This document shows, piece after piece, positions 12,597-25,600 of a stretch of 64,000 nt of DNA. Each line of letters opens with the position of its first letter. Within the stretch, counting starts at the first letter, position 1. This DNA comes from Saccostrea echinata (Eukaryota), in contig NW_026889790.1 of the NCBI RefSeq assembly GCF_033153115.1, positions 2,914,001 through 2,978,000 of the forward strand, given 5' to 3'. The position numbers were made by a program, and so were the translations under genes. Below the pieces are notes generated by a model. That model made no database searches. It worked only from the letters and a program-made list of their open reading frames with translations, and was not told the origin of the DNA.

Positions 12597-15396
12597 TCAT
12601 CGCAGATAGAGAAGCATCAGACTCGGGTTCTCTAGGTACGACTTCCACAGATTGGAGAAGCGAGCCATTGTAGCGCCCTCTATGATGCGGTGATCTGCTG
12701 ACCAGCTGGCACACATGATCTGTTTTTTGATAATGTTACCCTTGTCATCAAAGCGAGGTAATGTCTGGAAAGAGATTTAAATATCAGGATAATAGAAAAC
12801 AAGCAGGTTTTCCCGTAATTCCCTAATTGCCAGAAGTGGATAACTCCATTACATATTGTACCAAACAATAAGAATCACCATAATCATTACTTGTGGTTTA
12901 CAATTTATAATTGATTTTTTTCTTACTGATTGGTTCAGTTATTTTATGGTTACTAATCATTAAATGAAGAGTTTGTAAAGAAATGCTGAGTTTAGAAAAT
13001 ACATGGATTTGCGTAAATTGTGATACTGTATCTGTTTAGTTTACAATATATTTTAAAGTCACAGAGAATGAAAATCACTTCATTGTATGCCTCAATTCAT
13101 TATAAACATGTTTTATTGTAGTAAATTAGACTTGTTCTAACAAATGTGAGAATTTACAATTCAATTTTCTCTTATAACATTTTAACATTTTGTCATGGGA
13201 GAAAGTTATATTCATCTCAGTCAGAAATTAGACTGTTGACCTCTAAGATATGGCTTAGAAAGACTACCTTCATTAGAATGTCTAAAATTACTAACTCTGT
13301 TTTGAAGATAAATTTAATTTCAAATATTTTTAGGATTTGATGAATATTCTAAAATGGTTAGGATTTACATGAATTTCCTTAACAATTCTTTAGTTCTGGG
13401 GTTGCATGAAATACCTGATTACCACCATACTGGAACACTTGTTTCCTTTAACATATTCAATATTAATGTACAAGTATACCAAACATAAACCATAAAGCAT
13501 TTCACAGCAGTTTTGAATACAAAAATTTTGAATTCCCGCCAAAAGCATGTACATTTTAAGCTTGATAACTGGTTTATAAGGATAAAACTTACTTGTAGTT
13601 TTCCTAATGCACCTATAGCCACCTCTGGTGGTAATATCACAGGCCTGGCATAAGTTCCTCCTATCTATAAAATAGAAGATTAAACACTAAAAGCTTAAAA
13701 ATCCAAAGATTTTCTGCAGTCTTTCCTAGAGCACATATATTATAACCACTTGGAGAAACAGTCTCCAGTAACACAGAGGAATGGTAAAACATTATTTTTC
13801 CTATCCTTTTTGATCATGAGAAACAACGACTGTCATCAAAATCATTTATTGGTTTTCTTTGTTTAAACAGTTAATGTACAGTACGTGTACTTTGAAAGGC
13901 TTATAAAGATTGCATTTAAATTTTCTGTTACTTCAATCTTGCACTCGAAACCCACAGAGCTGGATATAATCAGAGGATATTGAAATTTTAAGAATTTACA
14001 TGAACATACATAAAAAATATTTTAACAACAGACAAGTGTATAGGTGTGACCTCTGAACTCTGACATGACCTTTTGTTTCACTCACCACTCCAATATTAGA
14101 CAGAGAGAAAGTCCCCCCAGTTAACTCAGCATTGGTCAGTTTTCCTGCCATTCCTAGTGCTTGGAGACGATTCAGTTCCACAGCTATGTCAAAAATACTC
14201 AGAGACTGGACGTTCTTTACACTGGGGACCACCAAGCCCTCTGGCGTATCCATGGCAATGCCAATATTATGTGCTGCCTACAGGATTCAAATATTCTGAT
14301 TAAGATTCAGTAAGAAATATGTTCATGTATATGCAGATTCTTTTTCAAATACTGAATAAATATAATTTTATATTTATTGTTTTAATTTTCTGTTGGGAAG
14401 CTGCTATACATTGGAAGTTTTACCTTGTATGTAATGTTTTCACAATTTTCGTCCACACTCGAGTTTAGGATTGGATATTCTGATAAAGCTAATGATACAG
14501 CCTACAAACAAATAAAGTTCATAAATATATTTGGTCAAATTCAGTTAAACCTATTAATTATATCTTATAAATTTATAAATAAAATCAATCAAAGTCTGTG
14601 TGATAATTAGTCTACATCATTTTCAATTAAATACTGCTCATAATGTTAAAAACCAAGGCTTCCCCATCATACCTTGATGATAACTGGCATGTAAGAGAAG
14701 CGGACCTCGGATTTCTCCATCACACTCTTAATGTCGCTGCGGAGCTCGACTAGTTTGGACATATCCACCTCATCATTATACCCAAATGTAGGAATGTGCG
14801 CTGCCTGAGTCATCGTCTTCACCATGGCTTTACGGATTCCTTTGATGACTTCAGTGTAATCTTTCCCTACAGCAATTGTCTCCCTCTTGACTGGTGTAGG
14901 TAGAGGGGACAATTTCTGGGGAGGGGCTTTCTGGACTGGGGCTGGTGCTTGAGGAGCAGCTAAATTTAAATTGTCAAGATTTTTAAAAAGTTGAGGTACA
15001 TATAATTATACACGTATGTAATGTTTTTTTGTCAAAACTTTTTTATCCTTTTACTTTTCTCTTCAAGTATTTAGATAATTTACTTGAATGATATTAATTT
15101 TTCAATTAGTACAAGCCACAAAAACATTTAACTTAAATTTTTGTTCATTTTGAATTTTGGTCCAGAGTTCATGTCAAAATTTTTATTATTACATTAAACT
15201 TAAAAGTAATAATAGGTTTATGAAGAAACCAAGTTCGCAAATGTATTGATACAGAAATACAAAGGTGAGAAATGGCTTACTCATTTTTGGAGCCTTTGCA
15301 GCGTGTTTATTCTGAATGAAGGCTAAGATATCTTCCTTCAAGACTCGGCCATCTTTACCTGTTCCTGGTACATCTCTCAAGTCAACCTGTCACACA

Positions 15397-15434
<38 letters not shown>

Positions 15435-16907
15435 CACATTGGCTAGGCAAAAGCACAAATCAGTTCAGTATTGAAAAGACCAGGGGGGGGGGGGGCTTTG
15501 TTGTACTTGAGATATATTCCTTTGTAAAAATTTGATCCCCCATTGTGGCTCCTCCCTATCCCAGGGGTCATCATTTGAACAAACTTGAATCTACACTACC
15601 TGAGGATGCTTCCATATCAATATGACTAAACATAGCTTTTCTGTTCTTGAGAAGAAATATTTCTTCTATATGTTCTTATGTAAAACTTTCCATCCCCCAT
15701 TGGGCCCCGCCCTACCCCTGCGGGTCATCATTTGAACAAAATAGAATCTACACTACCTGAGGATGCTTCCATATCAAAATGACTAATAATGGTTTGCAGT
15801 TCTTCAGAAGTAGATATTTTCCTTTATATTTCTATGTAAAACTTTGATCCTCCATTGTGGCCCCGCCCTACCCCCGGGGGTCATGGTTTGAACAAACTTG
15901 AATCTACACTACCTGAGGATGTTTCCCTATAAATATGACTCATCATGGCTTTGCTGTTCTTGAGGAAGATTTTTAAAGATTTTTCCTATATATTTCTATG
16001 TAAAACTTTGATCCTCCATTGTGGCCCGCCCTACCCCCGGGGGTCATGGTTTGAACAAACTTGAATCTACACTACCTGAGGATGCTTCCCTATAAATATG
16101 ACTCATCATGGCTTTGCTGTTCTTCAGAAGAAGATTTTTAAAGATTTTTCCTATATATTTCTATGTAAAACTTTGATCCTCCATATCGGCCCCGCCCTAC
16201 CCCCGGGGGTTATGGTTTGAAAAAACTTGAATCTACACTACCTGAGGATGCTTCCACATGAATTTGACTCATCATGGCTTTGCTGTTCTGGAGAAGAAGA
16301 TTTTTAAAGATTTTTCCTATATATTTCTATGTAAAACTTTGATCCTCCATTGTGGCCCCGCCCTACCCCCGGGGGTCATGATTTGAACAAACTTGAATCT
16401 ACACTACCCGAAGATGCTTCCATATAAATATGACTCATCATGGCTTTGCTGTTCTTGAGAAGAAGATTTTTAAAGATTTTTCCTATATATTTCTATGTAA
16501 AACTTTGATCCCCCATTGCGGCCCCGCCCTACCCCCGGGGGTCATGGTTTGAACAAACTTAAATCTACACTACCTGAGGATGCTTCCACATGAATTTGAC
16601 TCATCATGGCTTTGCTGTTCTGGAGAAGAAGATTTTTAAAGATTTTTCCTATATATTTCCATGTAAAGCTTTGATCCTCCATTGTGGCCCTGCCCTACCC
16701 CTGGGGGTCATGATTTGAACAAACTTGAATCTACACTACCTGAGCATGCTTCCACATGAGTTTCATCTTTCCTGGCCCTATGGTTCTTGAGAAGAAGATT
16801 TTTAAATGATTCCATTATTTTTTCAGTAATTCCTAATTATCTCCCCTTGAAAGAGGGCGTGGCCCTTCATTTGAACAAACCTGAATCCTTCACCTAAGGA
16901 TACTTTA

Positions 16908-16944
<37 letters not shown>

Positions 16945-19564
16945 GAAGAAGATGAAAATGTGAAAAATTTACAACAACAACGACAATGATGACAGACAAC
17001 GGACAAATTTTAATCACAAAAGCTCACTTGAGCCTTTGGCTCAGGTGAGCTAAAAAGTCACAGCTTAACAAAATTTTTACATTGAATTAAGTACCTTCAT
17101 GGAAATACAGATTTTGAAACTGAAATCTTCTAACAGTATAATCAAACAAATTGATATAACTTAAAAAAACTTTCAAACCTGAAATTTATGACTGCCTCTC
17201 TCTACTTGTGTTTTACATACCTACAATGTAGAGTTACCTGTCTTTAGCAGTTATCTACCTTGTTTTCCATAGCAAGCCTCCTGACAGCAGGTGTGGCCAG
17301 AGCACTTTTACCTTTGACCTTGTGACCCAAAAACTCTTCGTCTGAGGAGGCGTTCCCACTATCGACAGATTCAGAACTTGAACTGGCTACAAAATAAATT
17401 ATTTATCAATGTCACTCAGAGCAGTAGTTTAAATCCTTCAATGAATATAGATCTATGTTTATATTCAGATGAACTTAACATATATTACAAGCATAATATT
17501 AAGTATGATTCTGATTTCATAATGGAGATACATGCACACAATGTCTCCTTATTTCCAGCACTGTATGACTCTTTGTATATAAATATATATATGCCAGTTT
17601 ATGTACATGTGTTGCAGAAACCTGTTACAAAATAAAAGGTATCAAACCTGCAGAAAAATTTATCCCCTAAAAATGTAAATAATGATTATATACGGATATT
17701 CTGAGTGGGAGATGTAATTCAGTTTGCTGATTACTAACAAGAAGATCCATCATCAAGTTCAATGTCCACTAGAGGCTGTCCAACGAGGGCAACATCATCC
17801 ACATCATAATATAGCCGTCTGATGTAGCCGTCATATCGACTAGTGATTGTCACTGAGGCCTTATCACTCTGGACTTCACATATACTGTCAAACTGATTCA
17901 CATGGTCTCCCACTGTCACAAACCTATTTATAATTACAGCATTTAAATAGTAATAATTATAGTATCAATCATTTATACATTTCAGTTGATAAATTTTGTA
18001 TTCAATTAGCAGTAGGACAAATTTTAAAAAACAATTTCTAGTCAAAGTAAGTCCAAAAGTATATCAATAAAATTTCCATGCAATTTTACACTGGCATCCG
18101 AGGAAAATTGCTGGTTTATTTCAGGTTTATTGAGATATAAAGTTAATGCACAAAAGAGTCAGGGTGTTTCTTAAAGGAAAATAAATGTAACCTTGTATTT
18201 ACACTAAGGATATATGATATGTTTAGGATACATATTAGTGTTCATACTGACCATTCCTTGATGTGGACCTCTCGAATTCCCTCCCCAATGTCGGACAGTT
18301 TGAATTGTTCAATGTCTCCATAAGTCACTGTAATGTAACACTGCTGAGTAAAATTTTCTACTTATCACAGAAATTAAAATTATGGTTTAAACCAAATAAA
18401 TTGTTAAAAGTGTGCTGAACGAATAGGACCACCTGCTCCCTTGCATTTAAGCCTTTATGGGAATCAAATTACAGGACAACACATCAAGTGTGTGATTATG
18501 AAGGGAGAAAGGGAAGGAGCAATAATGCAAGGGTGACAACATGAGAAAGAATGGATGAAGAATGCTGTGAAGGGAGGGACAGTGATAAAGTAAAGATGTG
18601 AGAATATGAACAAGTAAAAGAAAATGTAAAAAAGTGAAGGAGGAAGAATGCCACTGTGAGAAAGCAAGAAATAATAAAGCACAGGAGTGAAAATGCAAGG
18701 GAACCAGGGAAACAAAGCAATGAGCATAAATGCATGGGTGATTGAGCAAAATGTATTTAAGGACAAGGGAGGAAGTTTATTTTTTTTCTGTTCCATTCAA
18801 GTTTATGCTCACTCCTTTGTGTTTTCAACCTCACTTTCTCCCTCTTTGTCACCCTTACAATCTTGCTCCATAAGGTTAGAAACAGAGCGAGTGTGTGGCA
18901 TTATCAGTACACCATATAAAAAGGATTTATCAAAGGGCTTGTTATACAATGCAGTGATTACATACAACTTAACTTTTATCTTCACTTTTTCATTATCATA
19001 TATTAAAACAATAACAAGCAGGATATTTAACATGGAAATGTAACATCCATTAAATTTTCATATCAAACTGACCACTTCATACCTGAACTGGAGTGAAATA
19101 GTCTATGGTTCAGAGTGATCCTCTCTAAGTTTGGCTGCGCCCATTTACTGTTGATGGGAGTTCTAAATTGTCTCCCTTGAATCTGTCAGAAAATTAAACA
19201 TTGCAATGCACTGCATTATAACTGATTTATAACATTTTCATGCGAAATGTCACTTAAAATAAATTCATGTCATATTCAAGGTAGGTTCTTTTACAAACTA
19301 CAATTATACTAGTGATGGAAAACTTATAACAGTTATATAGTTATAGTAATACATGTAAAGTTTTGCTGTAGATCTAGGCCCAATTTCCATTTCACACAGA
19401 GTAATCTATTGTTGATTCAGCTTTTGTAAGTTATAATATAAATTCTTGTAAACTGATCCACATATGCCAAGAGACTATTGATGCATGTTAAATGTACTTA
19501 CGACGCATCGGCCCTGTTGAAAACATTTTCTGTACAATCTCCTTGAAACCAGCGAGGATGCCAT
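12597..19564 (-). CDS. DBT: Dihydrolipoamide branched-chain transacylase E2 (BCKDH E2), 11 coding exons
   Basis: Exons 19564-19502, 19182-19083, 18327-18252, 17923-17739, 17386-17259, 15386-15281, 14959-14673, 14501-14424, 14277-14086, 13664-13593, 12764-12597. Features: Arg-rich mitochondrial presequence, lipoyl domain [10 protein letters not shown]...[11 protein letters not shown]3-binding [10 protein letters not shown]...[13 protein letters not shown], catalytic [10 protein letters not shown] and [11 protein letters not shown]. Confidence 0.97.
15401..17055 (-). mobile_element. pearl/HINE-type (non-autonomous Helentron-like) element with a tandem 166-bp satellite, in a DBT intron
   Basis: One end ACAAGAGGCCCATGGGCCACATCGCTCACCTGAG; other end AAAGCTCACTTGAGC...CTCAGGTGAGCTAAAAA; microsatellite near that end; monomer spacing 166 bp (16081, 16247, 16413, 16579). 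Confidence 0.85.
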
Positions 19565-19686
19565 TGAGTATGTAGATAGAGAATGGTAAAATCTAGAGGA
19601 ATTTCGAATACAGCCAAAGTCAATAAAACGCTTCAAATGAGGAATTTTAACAAACGTCTTATCAACATCGAATTGTCATAAACAAA
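19565..19686. promoter_or_regulatory. Putative bidirectional promoter between DBT and NEK8
   Basis: Only 122 bp separate the divergent start codons (19564 and 19687). Confidence 0.7.
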
Positions 19687-22600
19687 ATGGAAAAGTATGA
19701 AAAGATTCGCGTTGTCGGCAGAGGAGCCTATGGGTAAAAAATGTTATTATTTGTAACTTTGAAATTTTGTATTTGTTTTTGATGGCGTCCAAGAAAAAAG
19801 TACGAACATTCTGAATATTCATTTTTCACTGGGTTTTTAAACAGACCTAATTTTGTCAAGTGTGATTAAAGGAAATTCGAAATAATAATGGTAATGAAAT
19901 ACATTGTCCCTCATAATGATAAATTCCGACTTCGACAACTTCTTTATTTTCATCAGTGAGAAACTTCATATTTTAAACTAGCCTGATATACATGTATTAA
20001 TTCAAACAAACCAAAGTAAAAATTTAAAGTCGCGTATGGCGTATTTTCGATAAGAATTAAAAAGATCTTTCTATTTGTTTTATTACTTCATATAAAGATA
20101 GGACTTTCCTGTAAATTACACAATTTAATCAATTGCGTTTCATAGATATTAGAAATTTAAACAATAGCCGCTTTATTTACCGATCCCGCATTTAAATATC
20201 AGACACAGTTTAAAGTCAATTTAACTATAGAAACATGGGGTTATTCAAGTTCCAAATCGATGAACATTTTAATTTTAATCTCTAGGGTTCTCCGTTTAGC
20301 AGTACCCCATAATTAACAAATATCATGTTCATCTACACTCAGTCTAATATATTTATTTTTTTAGCTCAGATATGCCATATACAGCTTAAAAAAGTCAATC
20401 ATTTGTATGATTGACATGCATATATTTATATAAATTTTAAGTTTACTTCCTCTGTTTGGATACATATTTCAAAAACACACCATGCATATAAATAATGATT
20501 CAAGATACACAATTACTGTAACAGAAAAAAATATGATGTAGTTTATCTTACAACTAACAATGCTGAAAATAGTGAAATATGCTTTCCAGGACAGTGCATC
20601 TGTGTCAGAGATTGGCTGATAAGAAAATGGTCATTATCAAACAGATACCAGTGGAACAAATGACGAAGGAGGAACGGCAGGCAGCCTTGAATGAGGTCAA
20701 GGTCTTGTCAATGTTGTCTCACCCAAACATTATCCAGTACTATGAGAACTTTCTGGAGGACAAGGCTCTAATGATTGTCATGGAATATGCACAAGGTTTT
20801 TACACATTGCTTTGTGGTTTCTCATACTACTTTTTTAGAATTTTGTTTTTGGAGAGAACTTGATGTTTCTAATCAATATTCATATAAAATCATTTTCTTA
20901 TTTACAGGAGGAACTGTGATGGATTATCTGCAATCTAGAAATGGCATTTTATTGGAAGAAGAGGTAAAATGTAAACCTGTCTTCTCTCTTAAATCTTAAG
21001 TATGGGTTTTTGAGTATTTCTAAATGTTATAAGTAATAGTTGCAGGTAAAAAATTTATTTTATTTACTCTGTTAAAATGGTTTATCTAAAAATATTTTTT
21101 TCATTTTTTTTTAGGAGATCCTGAAGTTTTTTGCCCAAATGCTTCTTTCCATTCAGCATGTTCATTCAAAACAAATTTTGCATCGAGACTTAAAGACTCA
21201 GAATATTCTACTGGACAAAAAGAGGGAGGTGGTCAAGATAGGGGATTTTGGAATTTCAAAAGTTCTCAGCAGCAAAAGTAAAGCTTATACTGTAAGTATT
21301 AAGTTAGAACTGAATAAAAACAGTGATGGTGATGGTATAATGTACTGAGAAATATAAAAATCAAATATTGAAGAAAAATGGTGAAAAGTAACTAAGGCAT
21401 TTTTAATTTTATACCACCAGATACTATCATCAAACTCTTAGGGCATAGGCATTTCAGGTGTTCTTTTTTTTGTTTGTAGAATTGCAGTAAAGTAAAGAGC
21501 AATAATCAATAAAGTAATTTAATTTTGATTGGAGTTTTTATAGACAGTGTAATTTCTCTGAATTCTGTATAGACTTGCTTGACTTTGAATCTCCTCTGTC
21601 TTTTGGCTGTTATTCCCATTTTGTTCCTTGTAGGTTGTTGGAACACCTTGTTACATCTCTCCGGAGCTGTGTGAGGGAAAACCGTATCCTTACTGAATAT
21701 ATTTTGTGAAATCAATATGTATACATATGATAAAGCCCTGAGTATTGAAAGATTTCTTATTTTAAAACAAGTACTTACCTTGACTACTGAAGTTATAACC
21801 AGAAGAGCGATATATGGGCCCTGGGGTGTGTACTGTATGAACTGGCCAGTCTAAAAAGAGCATTTGAGGCTGCAGTAAGTTACAGTAGGAAGTTATAAAT
21901 CACTATCAAGGGGAGATTTAGGAAGATCAAGTTTAGCAGATGTAAGGAGAGACAATGAATAACAAGTGAATTACTTCTCCTTTATATAAATACTTGAGAT
22001 TTTCAGCTATATAATTATTACGTTATAATGATTGTCACAAAGAATTAATCAAGAAATTAAGCTTTTTAGACTTAAAAACAAGAAATTTTTTTATGTTGAA
22101 TAATTTTATTGAATCATGTATACTTATACATGTGTATCTATATTACAGAACTTGCCAGCTCTTATCCTGAAAATTATGCGAGGAACATTTTCTCCAATCT
22201 CTGCAAATTATAGTGAGGAGTTAAGGGCCTTGATTCTGGGTATGCTTCACCTGGACCCCAATAAGAGACCAAACATTAATCAAATCATGGCGCAGCCCAT
22301 CGTAATTAATGCTTTAATGACCTTACACACAGACTTGGGGAGAATTCCATGTACCAAGTAAGTCACAGCCCATCGTAATTAATGCTTTAATGACCTTACA
22401 CACAGACTTGGGGAGAGTTCCATGCACAAGTAAGTCACTTTGACTGGGTTGATAGAGATTATATTTATGCCCCCTCCCCCCACCATCAAACCAGTATTTA
22501 CTCAGAATAATCATAACATTAAAAAGGGTAAAAAAATTACAAGACCAAGTTTTAATAGTCATTGACAGATCGATATATTAACAGTAATTTTTTAGGAAGC

Positions 22601-25600
22601 TATGAAATAATACTATAACCTGCAACCTAGAAGTTTGTTCAGTGAAAATAATTGTTACTGGTACAAACACATTCTTCTGTACATGTACTTTGTTACTGGT
22701 ACAAATGCATCATGCTCTATACTCTGTTTTCTGTTACAGAGTCAGTCGCCCCATCCCTCCCACCACTGCTGCGAGAAGTCGAATACCAACACGGGGCAGC
22801 ATGACACCAAGAGGTCTGAAAATGTTTTTTTAAGAAGTGCTGTAAAATTGTTCTTTTATTCTCAGATTCTTTGAAATAAGATAATTTATGAAAGAGGGGT
22901 CAGGTGTAGAGTGGATATTAAAAAGTTTATCTTCATGAAAGAAAGCTAATACTGATTTCAAAGACTTGAATTTATGTCAGTGTTTTTACTTACTAAAATG
23001 TACACCTTGCATGTCATATTTTTTTGGCAAGGGAGAAGTTCTCCTGTTTGTCAAAGTTGGATGTACATGTATATACTATTTTTTTTTTCATTACAGATGC
23101 TCTGTCTGCAAAACCCCCAGCACTTAGTTCTGTGTTTTTCTGGGGGATAGGTGTTTCTTCTCCAATAAAACTCCCCCTCCCCAGCAGTGATACACAGGTC
23201 ATCCAGGTTTCAACAGGGCGTACACAGAAAGCTGCTGTCACCAAGAATGGTCGACTTTTTGTGTGGGAGGTATACAAACAAACATAAAGTACATGTATAT
23301 TGAATTCACACAATGAGAAACACTTCCAATGGTCATACTATTGTGTAAGAGAAGAAAACTTGTACATGTATTTCCAGTCCTCCACGGTGGGTACAGACAC
23401 TCTGATCCCTGGAGCCACAGAGAGCCACACCCCTACGTATGTGCCAAGGTATTTGGAAGGTCAATCAGGGGTCAATATTCAACATGTTGCATGTGGTGGT
23501 CTCTTCACAGCTTGTCTCACAGGTAATTTATATTACACTTAATGAAATGTAGAATGTTGGATGCAGAAACATGTATGTATTTGCTATTTAATGGATGATT
23601 AAATAAAATACTGAGGTACAGTACAAATATAAATGTATATACAGTACAATTCGCTTATTATCATAGTTTATTTGTCAGGCCAAAACTTTATAATAAGCGA
23701 CTTTTATAATAACCATAGTCGGCTGAAATTCATGTCGGACGGCTGACGATACGATGTTTGTGTAAATTATTAGATGTATTATACATCTTACGTTACATAT
23801 AATTTCGATTTTTTAGGTTTATTTGAAATACAAGTTAACTGACATATCATTTCACAATACTTACTTCCTGTTTCAACTTTTTATTATAAATAAATTCACT
23901 TAAATAAAGCTTAATACGCTTCAAACTCAATCTTCTAGATCCCTTGGCATCCATCTTGTTTATTTTGATCTACTTTCACTTTTAATTTATGGTCAATTCA
24001 AATTACCAATGTTTCGTTTCGTTTTTCTTTTTTGTTTTGTTTTTTGTTTTGGTCACATATTAAATAAATTAACACAGCAACAAAGCATGCATTCAAATTG
24101 TTTCTTTTATTCATCCAAAGTAGACATTAAAAAAATTACCTATTTACACTTAATGTCGCCGTATAATTAAAATTAATTGATACACTGATGAGCACATGCA
24201 TTAAAAGCCGCTTGGGCAGACTGGTGAAAGAGTTAATTTCACTTAATTATTTCTTAATTAATCTGGTAGTTTTGTAAATGTAATTAACTATGAACATTGA
24301 TCCAGGCACCAAGCGTAAGAAAGCTTGGGTTAATATTGACACTAAATTTAGTTTCAACACATTTGGTAAAACGTATTTATTACGAACGTAAAATTCAGGA
24401 ATAACATAAGAAGAAAATAAGTTATGAAAAAAAAGAGTTCGTGTTATCCTGTCATGTACTTCATGAAATAAACAGACTCCCTGTCAATCGCTCAGGTAAG
24501 TGCACTGAAGTGTGACTAATCTCCCCAGTCTTTCACTATCGGCAAATTTCAAAGTGAAAATCAAGCCATTGTGAATAGACAAGCGACAGTGTATGAACCA
24601 CAGGTGTAGATAGGTGTTATCTTTTGTTTTGTTGATTGTCCCAAGAGTGAAAAGGTGTGAAAAAAATATTACGGACGGACATTTTCTATTATAGTAAGCG
24701 AAGTGTATACTTTTACCTATGATAATAACAGACAAAATTTATAATGAATTATTAAGAAATGGTTTTGTGTTTCAGATATCTATGATAAAAAAAGTAGTAT
24801 GATATAAAACCGGTATGATAAAAAACGAATTGTACTGTAGTATGTAGGTAATAACAGTTTAACATCTTTTGAGAAAAGTGTGAAGAACTACAAAGATTAA
24901 GAAAATGTGAGAGATACATGTATGACATTCATTTCAAGTTTACTTTGATTTTAAGATCGAGGGATTTTGATGACATTTGGCAGTGGGGTTTATGGATGTC
25001 TTGGGCATGGCAACTATAATGATGTGGCTCAGGTAAGATTATATACATATTCCTCTGTGTCAACACTCTTTATATATCTAATCAAGCACATAGGCATACT
25101 TAAATACTTCTTATATATTATTTCAGGCTAAAATAGTGGAAGATTTACTGGGTTATGAGGTGGTTCAGGTGTCCTGTGGTGCCTCGCATGTTCTGGCGGT
25201 GACCAATGAACATGAAGTATTTTCCTGGGGAAGAGGAGACAATGGTAATCAGTCATGACAAAAGCTTACCTGTGTACTACCTTTTTGCAAGCTTCAATAT
25301 TAAATAATATAGAAAAAAAAATAAGGATCAGGAATCTACTCCTTCCCCACCCAGTAGCAGAATACTGTTATGTACAGTGAAAACTGTCTAATCTGACACC
25401 TGTTCAATCCATTTCTCTGTGAATTCCAACTCTTACTTAAGTTCCCATTTTGCTGTTTTCCTTGTTTTTTCACGGTGCAATCTGAACCATGCCTATTCCG
25501 ACACAAATGTTGTCTCCCGGTGGATGTCAAATTAGACAGGTTTCACTCTACATGTATTATACTGTAATTGTATTCTAGGTTGTCTGAGACTGGGGGATCA

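Noticed and set aside
18447-19043. Cluster of overlapping 75-118 aa ORFs in a DBT intron
   Set aside because: Purine/pyrimidine-skewed low-complexity sequence with no recognisable domain or splice fit.
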